Positions 1 to 12,959 of a stretch of DNA of 64,000 nt are shown in pieces. Location: NCBI GenBank assembly GCA_964016885.1, contig OZ024760.1:11470001-11534000 (forward strand). The letters run 5' to 3'. The notes under the pieces are model-generated. The model was not told the DNA's origin and did not search any database. It saw only the letters and a list, made by a program, of their open reading frames with translations. This DNA is from Eledone cirrhosa (Eukaryota). Made by a program: the position numbers and the translations under genes. How positions within the stretch are numbered: the stretch's first letter is position 1; every line of letters starts with the position of its first letter.

Positions 1-1
1 G

Positions 2-33
<32 letters not shown>

Positions 34-519
34 CTTATATATAGGAGCCGTTAAATGGTATTATCGTTTATTGTAATCGAAAAGTCTTCGTCCTGAAGTG
101 ATAACAATAAGCGGCTTTACATGTAAGCAAGTTAACAATAACGGTGATAATGTTGAAAACGAGAGTAAAACCACGAGATAAAAACGAACGTTACGTAAAA
201 AGATGAAAGAGCGAAAGGTCAAAATTGTAACTTTAGATATCTCAATGGAAAGGTCTCTCACCAGGCACCTAACATCCTCTCTCTTCATCTCTCGCTTATC
301 TCCCCTTCGCTTCTCTCTCTATCTCTCTCTCTCTCTCTCTCTCTTACAGTCTATGTGAGTTTTATGTGCATTTATAATGTATCTGTATATATATGAATAC
401 ACATATATATATATATATATATAAATATTATATATATATATTCAGGGATGTATGCAAATGTATATATTCTTACATATATATGTATATATATATAGATAGA
501 TATATTATATTTTATATAT

Positions 520-576
<57 letters not shown>

Positions 577-648
577 GGGGGATATATTTTTATATATACA
601 TATATATATACACAACGTTTTTATCCCTCTACCTTGGAATATATATAC

Positions 649-696
<48 letters not shown>

Positions 697-829
697 GGAG
701 GTAAAGAAATTTCGTTTATTTCATCCAATAATAAGAACATTAGCGATACATAACGACATGAGGTATTTCTTTAGATACGAGTAAAGGACTGTTATACTAT
801 TGTGGCCCCTACCGACATTGTTATTTATT

Positions 830-864
<35 letters not shown>

Positions 865-1125
865 TTATTTATAGGAGTGTGTCTATGGAGGTGCACACGT
901 AGATGTTTGCATATATATACATATACACATATATATATGTATATATATATATAGTAATAATAATAAATTTAAAGACTAAAATCCAAAGAGGGCTCTATAA
1001 GTGTCGTAGAGCAAATTTGATTCTTTGCTTAAACTTTAATCTGTTATTTTAATAAATATATGTATATAAGTATAGAATAAGTAAAAGCGAAGTAGTTTCA
1101 GATGTTCAAGTCCTTTAATAATACT

Positions 1126-1199
1126 GCTGTGATATATATTTCAATGACGACACTGGCCACACTGTTCTGTGTGCGAGTGTCGTGACATCATCAGACAGC
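1126..1199 (-). ncRNA. Type I hammerhead ribozyme, intact core
   Basis: Minus strand reads GCTGT-CTGATGA-[stem II ACGACACT...AGTGTCGT]-GAAA-TATATA-TC-ACAGC. Stem I GCTGT/ACAGC is perfect, stem III is palindromic, the triplet is AUC, and ATTAAA follows. Confidence 0.8.
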
Positions 1200-1634
1200 T
1201 TGTTACATAATAAGGTTATGTTTCCGAGGCAATCCAAGTTGAATCGACATGGGAACGGACGAAGTGTGTGCTTTTGGGTTCTTCATCCGTTCCCCTGTGA
1301 GTACCAATTCACCCCCACCGGTATGCGCAGGCGCATGTCCGAAGGAAGTTGACCATTAGCTACCGCAGATTTCAACGAAATTCCGCTTAGTCAGTTCACG
1401 CTCTCAGCCAAACAATGACTCATTTAGGCCTGTACCATAGTTTACTGCTACCCGTCCCGTCTGTGGCAGTCAGCCGAAAGCCAGAGGGGATGGGAGAGTG
1501 TTAGTTTTTAAAGGTTACAATACTACCTCTCACCAAGCATGGACGGTACGACTGACCATCAACTCCCAAGAGAAAATATACTTAATTCTAGGTATCATGG
1601 TTTTACATTGGAAGTTATGAGTGAGAGTTGGAAG

Positions 1635-1669
<35 letters not shown>

Positions 1670-1674
1670 GGGCA

Positions 1675-1801
1675 CCCACTGATGAATTATAGGAGCCCAC
1701 TTGAATATATATCTATTGATGGTATACAAGCTCCTACATAAATTGGTATAATTTCACCCAAATTGTAGGAATCCTATAATGAAACGAGACGTCCGTCTGG
1801 G
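1675..1801 (+). ncRNA. Type I hammerhead ribozyme with large branched stem II, intact core
   Basis: CCCA-CTGATGA(1679-1685)-ATTATAGGA...TCCTATAAT-GAAA-CG(AGACGTC)CG-TC-TGGG. GUC cleavage is predicted after 1797. It starts right after a (TA)n tract. Confidence 0.8.
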
Positions 1802-1991
1802 AAGAGATATATTAGATATGTCTCATATGAAATAATACAGCCAATTTTCCACGCAATACTTTTAGTTAGCACCCCGAACGCATAATTAGGATTATAATCA
1901 CTTATTTACTAATGTTTGTTGAGTGAGTTGGAATTTGGCCGGAGTATCGCTAAAAAGCTTTCTCCGATATTGTATTTATTATATATATATA

Positions 1992-2028
<37 letters not shown>

Positions 2029-2125
2029 AAGGAGTGTAACGTTAAGTTCGTGTAGGTTCACCCTGGTGAGCACTCAATGTTTAGGTTCTCGTAGGTGTAG
2101 AGCTAGACAGGGTGTAAATATAATA

Positions 2126-2310
2126 AATGTTTCTACTATTGGCACAAGGCCAGCAATTACCCAGTACATTACTGGTACTTTATTTTATCGACTCCGTAAG
2201 GATGAAAGGCAAAGTGAACCTCGGCGGGATTTGAACTCACACCGTAAAGGGGCGTAACTCTATGCTGCAAAGCATGGCGTCCGACCTTCTACTGATAATG
2301 CCAATCCCCC
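2126..2310 (-). mobile_element. tRNA-derived SINE (family S1, short subtype) with 16-bp TSD
   Basis: A-box-like TGGCATTATCAGTAGA, B box GAGTTCAAATCCC and core GCCTTTCATCCTTACGGAGTCGATAAAATAAAGTACCAG. The direct repeat GGGTGTAAATATAATA lies at 2110-2125 and 2311-2326. Confidence 0.9.
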
Positions 2311-2326
2311 GGGTGTAAATATAATA

Positions 2327-2500
2327 CAGGGACGATTTGTTCTTTTTGTTCTCATTACGTTTATTGATTGGTGAGGCGCGTTTCGCCATCTATCAGCTCA
2401 ATTCGGGCCAGATCGATACAGAACGAACCTTGAGCTGATCAATAGCGAAAATCGCGTCACCAATCAATAAACCTAATGAAGATTTAACAAATCGTCCTTA
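2327..2500. mobile_element. MITE-like imperfect inverted repeat
   Basis: Termini GGACGATTTGTT/AACAAATCGTCC and inner arms CATTACGTTTATTGATTGGTGA...TCAGCTCAA / TTGAGCTGA...TCACCAATCAATAAACCTAATG. TA lies on both sides. Confidence 0.6.
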
Positions 2501-2544
2501 TATTATTATTATTATTAGTTCTAGTAGTATTAGTAGTATTACAA

Positions 2545-3430
<886 letters not shown>

Positions 3431-3431
3431 C

Positions 3432-3611
3432 CCACTGGATGGGCGGGCAGGCCGACACCTCTTCATCTCATTTCTACAGCTGAGTAAACTGGAGCAATGT
3501 GAAATAAAGTGTCTTGCTCAAGGAAACAACACATCACCCGGTCTTAGAATTGAACTCACAATCTTTCGATTGCAAGCCCAACGCTCTAACCACTAGGCCA
3601 TGCACCTTCAC
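3432..3611 (-). mobile_element. tRNA-derived CORE-like SINE (family S2)
   Basis: Minus strand has TGGCCTAGTGGTTAGAGCG (A box) and GAGTTCAATTC (B box), then GTTTCCTTGAGCAAGACACTTTATTTCAC, which resembles the MIR/CORE domain. Confidence 0.8.
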
Positions 3612-3675
<64 letters not shown>

Positions 3676-3742
3676 TGTGTGTATTTATGTGTGTGTGTGT
3701 GTATATATATATATAGGCTGTGTGTGTGTGTATTTATATATA

Positions 3743-3790
<48 letters not shown>

Positions 3791-4441
3791 GTGTGTGTGT
3801 GTGTGTAGACTGTATCATATATAGACTATCAGAAATAGTCAAAGAAAGAATGAAAGAAAGATCCGAAGCAAGTTCAAGAAACGTTATCAGGAGATATTTC
3901 TAAAGTGAAGTGTGGCAACCATTATCGAGAATGTCTCCAGGAACTTTAGATTGTCTGAGAAACATTTGGAACGAATTGTTGTGGATTTTTCCCAAATGGT
4001 TGTAGGGATAAAAGGAAGAGGAAGTTTAGCAGGTTCTGTTGTAAAAATATGTCGCTAGATGTCGCTATCTAGTGATTGTAGGAACTTACAGGAAATTTAT
4101 ATTATACGTTTTCTGGCTATTCAGTTTAATAGAAGTGATAAAAGAATGCTAACAGGAAATAAGTACGGTGTGTGTGTGTGTGTGTGTCTGTCTGTGTGTG
4201 TGTGTCTGTGTGTGTGTGTGGGTGTGGTAATGATGGTGGTGCTGGTTGTGGTAGTCGCGGTGTGTGGTGGTGGTGGTGGTGGTGGACTGTGTTGTGAAGT
4301 GATACGAATAAGTTTGAACAGTGAATGAGATGTAATATTAACACCAACTACACAATGCAATAAACATGATAAAATATTACTACTACTACTACTACTACTA
4401 CTCTACTACTATTGTTATTATTATTATTACAATTTGTAGTA

Positions 4442-4658
4442 GGGCAGTGGATTAGCAGTATCGGTAAAGTGTCGGACACCATGCATCGCAGCATAGAGTT
4501 ACGGACCTTTGTTCTGAGTTCAAATCCCGCCAAGGTTAACTTTGCCTTTCATCCTTACGAGATCCATAACAAAGTACCAGTAACGTACTGGGGTCGATTT
4601 AATCGACTTTCCACTCACCCCAAATAACTGGCCGTGTGCCTATACTAGAAATCATTAT
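4442..4658 (+). mobile_element. SINE family S1, long subtype
   Basis: GAGTTCAAATCCCGCC B box, the S1 core, a GTCGATTTAATCGAC hairpin and an ATT tail. Confidence 0.9.
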
Positions 4659-4875
4659 TTGAGAGATAGAGAGAAAGATATATATAGATATAGAGAGAGA
4701 GATAGATGGGGAGAGAGAGGGGGGGATAGATGGGGAGAGACATCTGGTAATGTCACACTGCTGAAGGTCGCTGTTGTAACGATTGTACAACATCTCTATG
4801 CTGGTGTCACAGAAATACGTATAATGTATATGATTATGTAACTGGTGTCTTAACGTGTCACACACACACACATAC

Positions 4876-5014
4876 AGAAATAAAAGGAAAGCACAAACAA
4901 GGGACAGTCCCCTTTTCAGTTGTCAGCTGGAGGTCTCCGACATTGTCATAAGGTGACCTCCAGCAGACAACTGATGAGGGGACTATCCCTTGTTTGTGCT
5001 TTCCTTTTATTTCT
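4876..5014. mobile_element. Palindromic MITE-like element (60-bp arms)
   Basis: 4876-4935 is a near-perfect reverse complement of 4955-5014. Confidence 0.7.
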
Positions 5015-5182
5015 AAATACACTTTATCAAGTAACCACACAGCCCCTTGTTTCTTCTATATATATATATATATCTATATATATATATATATATATATATC
5101 TATATATATATATATATATATAGATATATACACACATATATACACACATATATACATATATATATATATACATATATATATA

Positions 5183-5237
5183 TAACGAAGGAGTTGTGGT
5201 AAGGAACCAGATTACTCAATACTTAGAGTAGTAGAAT
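5183..5237 (-). mobile_element. Truncated TA-embedded family A element
   Basis: AACGAAGGAGTTGTGGTAAGGAACCAG...TACTCAATACTTAGAGTAGTAGA matches the copies at 33379, 56339 and 58759, with an internal deletion. Confidence 0.75.
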
Positions 5238-5483
5238 ACATATAGATATACACACATATATATATATATATAAAACATGAGAAGAAAGAAGAATACTGCG
5301 TGGTTTGCACATGGGTTACATATGATAAAAATAGTCCTTCGTCAGTGATTTGCCAACCATCATTGGTATTTCATCGCAATATATATATATATATATACAC
5401 ACATATATATATGTGTGTATATATATATATATATATTGCGATGTATGTGGATATATATTGATCAGTGTGAAGCAGTGACGTCT

Positions 5484-5566
<83 letters not shown>

Positions 5567-5568
5567 GT

Positions 5569-5609
<41 letters not shown>

Positions 5610-5643
5610 CACGTGTATATATATATATATATATATATACACA

Positions 5644-5693
<50 letters not shown>

Positions 5694-6215
5694 GGTGTGA
5701 CGTCACTGCTTCACACTGATCAATATATATCCATATATCCACATATCCACATACATCGACACCGCCTACTAGAGCGTTAAAGCAAAATAGGAAAATCAGT
5801 TATGTCATAATAACTTGCTTGTTAACAAATAAATGTTGCAGAGAATTTTTCTCGTGTTTTCTTTTTGGTGATATTTTGGTTTGGTTTTATTATTGTTGTT
5901 GTCCTCTCCCCAATCACATAGCATAGATTATTTCTATGTCATTTGTGCAACAAATCAATTTGCCAGCTTTAGTATCAAAAGCTAACACTAAATAGATATG
6001 AATCATGCAGGTATAACTGAGCGTTCATTCGGACGTGTTCAATATTAACGTATCTTTAATAAAATATATCGTAAATCAGGTAGAGTTTCCTAGACAGCAA
6101 TAAATACTATGATATAATCGATAACACAATAATACCACTCTGTCAATGTCTGTTTCAGTCACACACAGACACACACACACACACACAGGTGCGCACACAC
6201 ACACACACACACATA

Positions 6216-6251
<36 letters not shown>

Positions 6252-6286
6252 CACACACACACACCGAAGCTGTCGATTATATTGTA

Positions 6287-6468
6287 TACAAGGGATGCTG
6301 AAAAGTTCCTGGCTTTGGGTAAAAGAAAAATACAGAAGGATCAGCTAATTCTGAATTTTATTCAACATACTCCCCTCTCAGATTGACTCATTTATTGCAG
6401 CAGTCCTACCTCCCCTGTAAGGGTAACAGCTCTATATACCATGACAGCTAGGAACCTTTTGTCTGTAT
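6287..6468 (+). mobile_element. Mariner-like non-autonomous DNA transposon remnant
   Basis: Starts TACAAGGGATGCTGAAAAGTTCCTGGC, a mariner-type terminus. A partial inverted match GCTAGGAACCTTTT lies at ~6447-6460. Confidence 0.5.
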
Positions 6469-6552
6469 AGACTTGTATTTGCTGTTTGAAGTTGTAAGGA
6501 CACCGTGGTAATAACATACTTTGGCATTTTAAACATGGCGATACTATCAGTA

Positions 6553-6894
6553 TCATCATCATCATCATCCGCCGGCCTCAGCCTAAATGGACTCAACAAT
6601 TGATCTCCACGTGGATCTGTCGTTCATTTCCTCTGCCAAGTCCTGGATTTCAATACCAGAATCTCAGAAGATGACATCGGGATAGGGGAGCTTACGCCCC
6701 CTGTTATTAGTGACTACTTGTGGCTTCCAAAGCACTAATGGGGACACAGCTTCGTAGGTGGCACGATGGCAGTGGCCAGAAAATCTTAGACTTCTTTTAC
6801 GTACGACAAATATGCTTGGGAGGCCGGCATAAGTCAGATGTCGCCAGCTTATGTTCTGAATGCGTTGAAGCATGCGAGTGTAAGTGTCATCAAG

Positions 6895-6942
<48 letters not shown>

Positions 6943-7080
6943 TAAGTGCCATCAAGGTGGTGGTAGTAGTAGTAGTAGTGTAGGTGCCATCATGGTGGTA
7001 GTAGTAGTGTAAGTGCCATCAAGGTGCTTTTGTTGTTTGAATGAAAACGTCCATGTTTCTCTTCCATATAGCAAGATACT
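6553..7080 (-). pseudogene. 3' fragment of RTE-clade LINE ORF with (GAT)n tail, interrupted by a microsatellite
   Basis: Minus translation gives SILLYGRETWT...HLDGTYTRMLQRIQNISW...LRFSGHCHR...VLWKP...RGRK...MNDRSTWR, typical RTE post-RT motifs. It has an internal stop. Confidence 0.8.
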
Positions 7081-7103
7081 ATACCTCATCCCTCATTCTT
7101 CAG

Positions 7104-7288
7104 GTTTCTGCTAGAAAGGGAGAAAGGAATCTATCCAGTACTGACCTGGTACTTTATTTATCGACCTCGAAAGAATGAAAGGTTCAGTTGATCTTTCTGC
7201 GGTATTTGAGGTCAGAGAACGCCGAGAGTTGGAATGAATATCGCAAAACGTTTTAGTCAAGGTTCTAACGACTCTGACAATTCGCCGC
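7104..7288 (-). mobile_element. Diverged S1-related SINE
   Basis: CTGGTACTTTATTTATCGACCTCGAAAGAATGAAAGG core with a degenerate tRNA head. Confidence 0.7.
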
Positions 7289-8843
7289 ACAAATAGTTCG
7301 GAGGGAGCTGCGTGAGGTGGGGGTGGCTGCTGCAGCGAGTGTCTCTGGCCATTCTCTGTGGTAATTCCTTTGTCATTTTGACCGGGGTATAGCGTCTCTC
7401 CTTGCCCCTCTCCCTTCCTGTCCTTGCTTGATCCCTCTTTTCATTTCCTTTTCTTATCTGTTGTTCCCTTTAACAGTGTATTTTGTCTTTGTATAAACAG
7501 CTATGCCCTCAAAACAATTAGTTTGTTAGTCAAACACATGTTAACCATGAGAGGAATGTGGTGTAGTAAACCAGGATCTCTCTCTGGTTTACTACACCTC
7601 AGTACCTACACCACAACCAATAGAATGAACCAGTGTGGAAGCATACAGATTGCTACTGTTTGATCTTCTAGAAATGGTAGTCAATTCTTACTCAGAATTA
7701 ACGCTGCCGTACGTCTTTGGAATGGAGAGAGAGATATAGATATGTTTCTTTATTAGCCACAGGGGCACAACAGATGGGGACAAATACAAAGGGGGAAGTT
7801 TACATACAATAAAAACGTGTAAAATGTTATCACAAATATAGATATAGAGAGATAGATAGATAGATAGATATATAGAGAGATAGATAGATATATAGAGAGA
7901 TAGATAGATAGATATATAGAAAGATAGATAGATAGATAGATATAGAAAGAGAGAGAGAGAGTGACCTCGGGTAATGTCGTCGTAAATACGCAATGCCTGA
8001 GATAAAAAACGCGATTGTCGTCGCTGGAACGCTTCTGATCACGTGTCGGCTCAGTGATAGCTGGACAATAGTCTAAGCAACATTATCGATGTCCCAGGAT
8101 TAGCCAGTATTGATAAAATGTCTAAATATGTTGCGGTATTTAGTTTCGACTTTCTACTTCCTCTGTTTAATACCTGGGGGTCGATAGAATCAATTTTTTC
8201 CTACACACCCCTCCCACCATCACAACCACACCCCACGGCCACCAAAATAAAAAAAAATAGCTGGCTCTGTGCCACTGGTGAGAAGTGTTGTAATACCAGC
8301 ACCACCACCAACAACAATAACAACTACTACAACCACTACAACGACTACTACATCTACTACTACAGCAACGACTACTACTACTACTACTATAGCAACAACA
8401 ACAACAATACCAACAACGTCGATAATAATAACACTAACACCACCAACAACAACACTACTACACCACCACCACCACTAACAACACGACTACTAACAACACC
8501 ACCACCAACACCATTAACACCGCCACTACACCACCACCTACAACAACACCACGACACCACCACCTACAACAACACCACTACTCATCAAAACCACTACACC
8601 ACCACCACCAACAACAACAACAACGACCACAGTGACAAGAGCTAGCTAAAGTTCTACGCGTTTCCCCAATAGACCACCCAAATAACACCCAGCATCAGCT
8701 CCCATAATAGATTGTCGTAATACATCAAACAGTGGAACAGCCAAACAGAGGAACTTATTCCCCGAACTACTAATATGGATGTCACTCTGTAAAAACTAAT
8801 GATGTATATATATATATGTGTGTGTGTGTATGTGTAATGATAC

Positions 8844-8876
<33 letters not shown>

Positions 8877-9051
8877 CATATATACATATATATATGTTAT
8901 ATATATATATATACATATATATATATACATATGTTATATATATACATATATACATATATATATGTTATATATATATATTACATATATATATATATATATA
9001 TGATACATATATGTATATACATATATATATATATGATACATACATATATAA

Positions 9052-9205
9052 TATAGAATAGGTAAGTTATTCCGGGTTGAATCGGAGGTAAGCACAGTAA
9101 GTAAGGTACTCAATACATAGCAGAGTATAAAAGTTTTAATATAGAAGAGCTTCTACAGGACTAGAACTGTTTCATTCGTGAGAAATCATCAGGGAGCTCC
9201 CTGAT
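9052..9205 (-). mobile_element. TA-embedded family B element with hammerhead (9147-9199)
   Basis: Minus strand reads GAGCTCC-CTGATGA-TTTCTCACGAAT-GAAACAG-TTCTAGTC-CTGTA-GAAGCTC. It is homologous to 44027-44229 and 52317-52449. Confidence 0.8.
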
Positions 9206-9213
9206 ATAATATA

Positions 9214-9245
<32 letters not shown>

Positions 9246-9249
9246 CTCG

Positions 9250-9285
<36 letters not shown>

Positions 9286-9775
9286 TTGGCTATATTCTTA
9301 TGTATCGATATATGTATGCATGTGTAAGAGAGAGGATGTGTATGTATACAAGCATATATACGCACACATACACACAAACGTGTAAATACACATACATATA
9401 CACTTTCATGCATACAAATATGCATACATAGATACCTATATACATACGTATACACCTACATACATACATGAAGACCACGGCGTACATATATACGCACATG
9501 CATGCATACACACACTTACATACATACATACACACATACACACATAGCTACCTACATACACACACATACATAAATACATACATACACACATACACACATA
9601 GCTACCTATCGACAGACATACATACAGACAGACAGACAGACAGACAGACATACATGCATGCATGCATGCATGCATGCATGCATACATGCATGCATACATA
9701 CATGCATACATACATGCATACATACATACATACATGCATACATACACACGTACATACATGCATACCTACATACAT

Positions 9776-10294
9776 GATGATGGCTGCCCCCTCGTTATCG
9801 AGTATGGCCATTGCACGATATACCATTATTAATAATTATCAATTAATTCTATCGTGCAATGGCTGTGCGTGAAGATATTTTTTAAAGTCAGGAAAGACTG
9901 TGCACTGAGCCAATCCCACTCTCTGAGCGACAGTAGCTATAACCGAAAAGAAGAAAAGATCAATATCATCGGTAACTACTGAGCAGCAGGTTATATATCG
10001 GAGTTATCCCAGTTTCCTGAGTTGCCTTCTCCTAGAAGAATGCCCTGACAAAGGATAGGGGTCCTTTACTCTCAGTGGTTTAACCGCGCGGTACATATTT
10101 ACACACTTTCGGATGGCCGTTAACTCTTATGAGTTCTTCCGCCCTTTGTCAGGTTTTTTGTCCTGCTGGGTGTCCGAAATCACCCTCCTCACCAAATGAA
10201 CTTTGTGGGGTTACCGGTTTAGTCGCCGACGACCCGACCATGCGACAGGTTGTACTGGGTTACATGTTACCAGTAGCACTCAAGAGTGACCCGA
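9776..10294 (-). mobile_element. Probable non-autonomous RTE-related element (5' UTR-like plus 3' tail-like parts)
   Basis: Homologous to 52921-53420 (GGCTGCC..CTCGTT..CGAGTA.GGCCA; CCTTCTCCTAGAA..TGACAAAGG; GGATGGCC.TT.ACTCTTA). It has an (ATC) tail on the minus strand. The RTE assignment is from recalled similarity. Confidence 0.5.
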
Positions 10295-10408
10295 CATACA
10301 TACATACATACATACATACATACATACATACATACATACATACATACATACATACATACATACATACATACATACATACATACATACATACATACATACA
10401 TACATACA

Positions 10409-10438
<30 letters not shown>

Positions 10439-10439
<1 letters not shown>

Positions 10440-10925
10440 TGAGACAGATGGCACTAAGGAATACTGATGGAACCTGAAAATAAAAACTGCCACCAAATTA
10501 AAGCACAACCGGCCTGATATTGTTGTTTGGGACCACACATTGAAAACATGTTCTGTTGTGGAGATCAGCTGCCCACTTGATGTAAACGTTGTCAGAAAAA
10601 TACAGAAGGAGGACATCTACGGACCATTGATGAGGAGTTTACAAATCCAGTATCCAAGATACACCTTTAGCTTCATACCCATCATTATTGGAAATACAGG
10701 TTATATACCAACCCGCTTGAACCAAAGTATGACTGAACTTGGATTTGCGGACAAAAAGTGCAGCTCCCTAATTCATAGTCTACAAATGGCTGCGATAGCT
10801 GGCACCTTCAAAATTTGCAAAACATTCTTGCGATTCAAGGGATGACAATTTCTTTTCTTTTACAACCTTGCCACCAGGAAGGTGGCCGGTCAAAAAAATA
10901 TACTCGAAATTAAGAGAAAGAGATA
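10439..10925 (+). pseudogene. 5'-truncated R4/Dong-like non-LTR retrotransposon, restriction-like endonuclease domain
   Basis: HNRPDIVVWD...VEISCPLDVN...EDIYGPL...PIIIGNTG...LQMAAIAGTFKICKTFL (ORF 10540-10845 plus upstream in-frame codons). It is flanked by (TACA)n. Confidence 0.75.
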
Positions 10926-10979
10926 ATACATATATACATACCTACACACATACATACATACTTACATAATACCTACACA

Positions 10980-11027
<48 letters not shown>

Positions 11028-11187
11028 TATACATACATACATATACATGCATACATACATATATACATGCATGCATGCACACATATATACATGCATGCAT
11101 GCACACATATATACATGCATGCATGCACACATACATACACGCATGCATACACACAGATATACCGACATACATACACACACAAACATG

Positions 11188-11221
<34 letters not shown>

Positions 11222-11660
11222 TGAAGAGCACGGCGTTCAGTCAGTCGGTAGATTCCGCCATTCCACAAACGAGGTTAGTTTCCTGTTGCATTTGATAAGC
11301 AATATGGCGACTAAATGCCAGCTTTTTCTCCTGTGTTTGCACTGGAATTGTACTACGACCGGCTGTTCTTAGATCTAATACCGGAAAGTCAAGATGGCGG
11401 CGTTGTGTCACAAACAAGACCTCTTAATGATCTCAATAGAGTATTTTTATTGATCCGCTAATGAAATCAATTTTCGGCCGTGTGTGTGTATGTATGTATG
11501 TATGTATGTATGTACTTATGTATGTATGTTTGTGTGTATTTATACATGTATGTATTTATGTGTGTGTATATTTATCTATATATGTATGTATGTATGTATA
11601 TGTGTGTATTTATGTGTGCATGTATGTGTGTATATACACATGTGTTTTTATGAATGTACG

Positions 11661-11693
<33 letters not shown>

Positions 11694-11770
11694 ACATGTA
11701 TACATGTATACATATATCTATATTTATATATATATATATATGTGTGTGTGTGTAGATGTATGTATGTACT

Positions 11771-11812
<42 letters not shown>

Positions 11813-12065
11813 TAGAATAATGAGTGTATGTATGTACTTATATATATATATATATATATATGTGTATGATTAGAATAATGAGTGTATATAGAGAGAGAGG
11901 GGGGAAGAGAGAGAGGGGGGAAGAGAGAGAGAGATATATAGAGAGAGAGATGCCTACATAACTATGTTGCTGATACAGCGTTATCTTCTCTCCATGGTCA
12001 TCTAATCAACAAGTTGAGGTATGGTTTGTTGGTTTTACTTATCGCAAATAGATGATCCCATCATG

Positions 12066-12266
12066 CCGTCTCTCTCTCTTTCTCTCTCTGCCTCTTTCTC
12101 TCTCTCTGCCTCTTTCTCTCTCTGCCTCTTTCTCTCTCTGCCTCTTTCTCTCTCTCTGCCTCTCTCTCTTTCTCTCTGCCTCTCTCTTTCTCTCTGCCTC
12201 TCTTTCTCTTTCTCTCTGCCTCTCTTTCTCTCTGCCTCTCTCTCTTTCTCTCTGCCTCTCTCTCTT

Positions 12267-12297
<31 letters not shown>

Positions 12298-12331
12298 CTC
12301 TCTCTCCCTTTCTCTCTGCCTCTCTTTCTCC

Positions 12332-12363
<32 letters not shown>

Positions 12364-12572
12364 GCCTCTCTCTCCCTCTGCCTCCCTCTACCTCTCTCTC
12401 CCTCCCTCTCCCTCCCTCTCTCTCCCTCTGCCTCTCTCTCCCTCCCTCCCTCCCTCCCTCTCTCTCTCCCTCTGCCTCTCTTCCTCTCTTCTCTCTCTCT
12501 CTCCCTCTGCCTCTCTTCTCTCTCTCTCCCCCTCTTTCTCTCTCTCCCCCCCCTTCTTTCTCTCTCTCTCTC
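12066..12572. repeat. Pyrimidine (CT)n/CTCTGC tract
   Basis: Direct inspection. Confidence 0.9.
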
Positions 12573-12590
12573 TATATATATATATTTACA

Positions 12591-12676
12591 CTCACCTGAT
12601 CAATTAAACAATTGTATATACTGTAAATAAAACCCTTTTTGTACAGTCGACCATGTTATTCTTCACTTTTTCACTA
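12591..12676 (+). mobile_element. Truncated family F element (3' half)
   Basis: CTCACCTGATCAAT...AATAAAACCC...GTACAG.CGACCATGTTATTCTTCA..TTTCACTA-(TA)n matches 38026-38110. Confidence 0.75.
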
Positions 12677-12721
12677 TATATATATATATACATATATATA
12701 TATAACCCCCTCTCTCCCTCC

Positions 12722-12756
<35 letters not shown>

Positions 12757-12959
12757 CACAGAGAGAGAGAGAGAGCGTCTGTGTGTTTCTATTCGGGTTT
12801 TCTCTTTCCAAGTACTAATGTACTATCGAAAGTACTTCTGATCTGACCAGCACTTGACCTAGTTGCTAATGAGGACTATATCCCCATCTCCCTTACCACC
12901 ACCACCACCACCACCACCATACTTTTCCCTCCCCTTCTCCACACCAACCCTTATTGTAG

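Noticed and set aside
3540-3611. tRNA gene
   Set aside because: A and B boxes are present but the cloverleaf is incomplete and it continues into a SINE body.
4971-4995. CTGATGA followed by a small hairpin as a hammerhead
   Set aside because: No GAAA, stem III or stem I partner follows.
5336-5352. CTGACGA on the minus strand
   Set aside because: No matching GAAA...NUH and stem I complement found.
7740-7800. Repeat ending GTGG.TAATAAAGAAA (also ~17700) as a LINE 3' end
   Set aside because: The match is too short to assign a family or boundaries.
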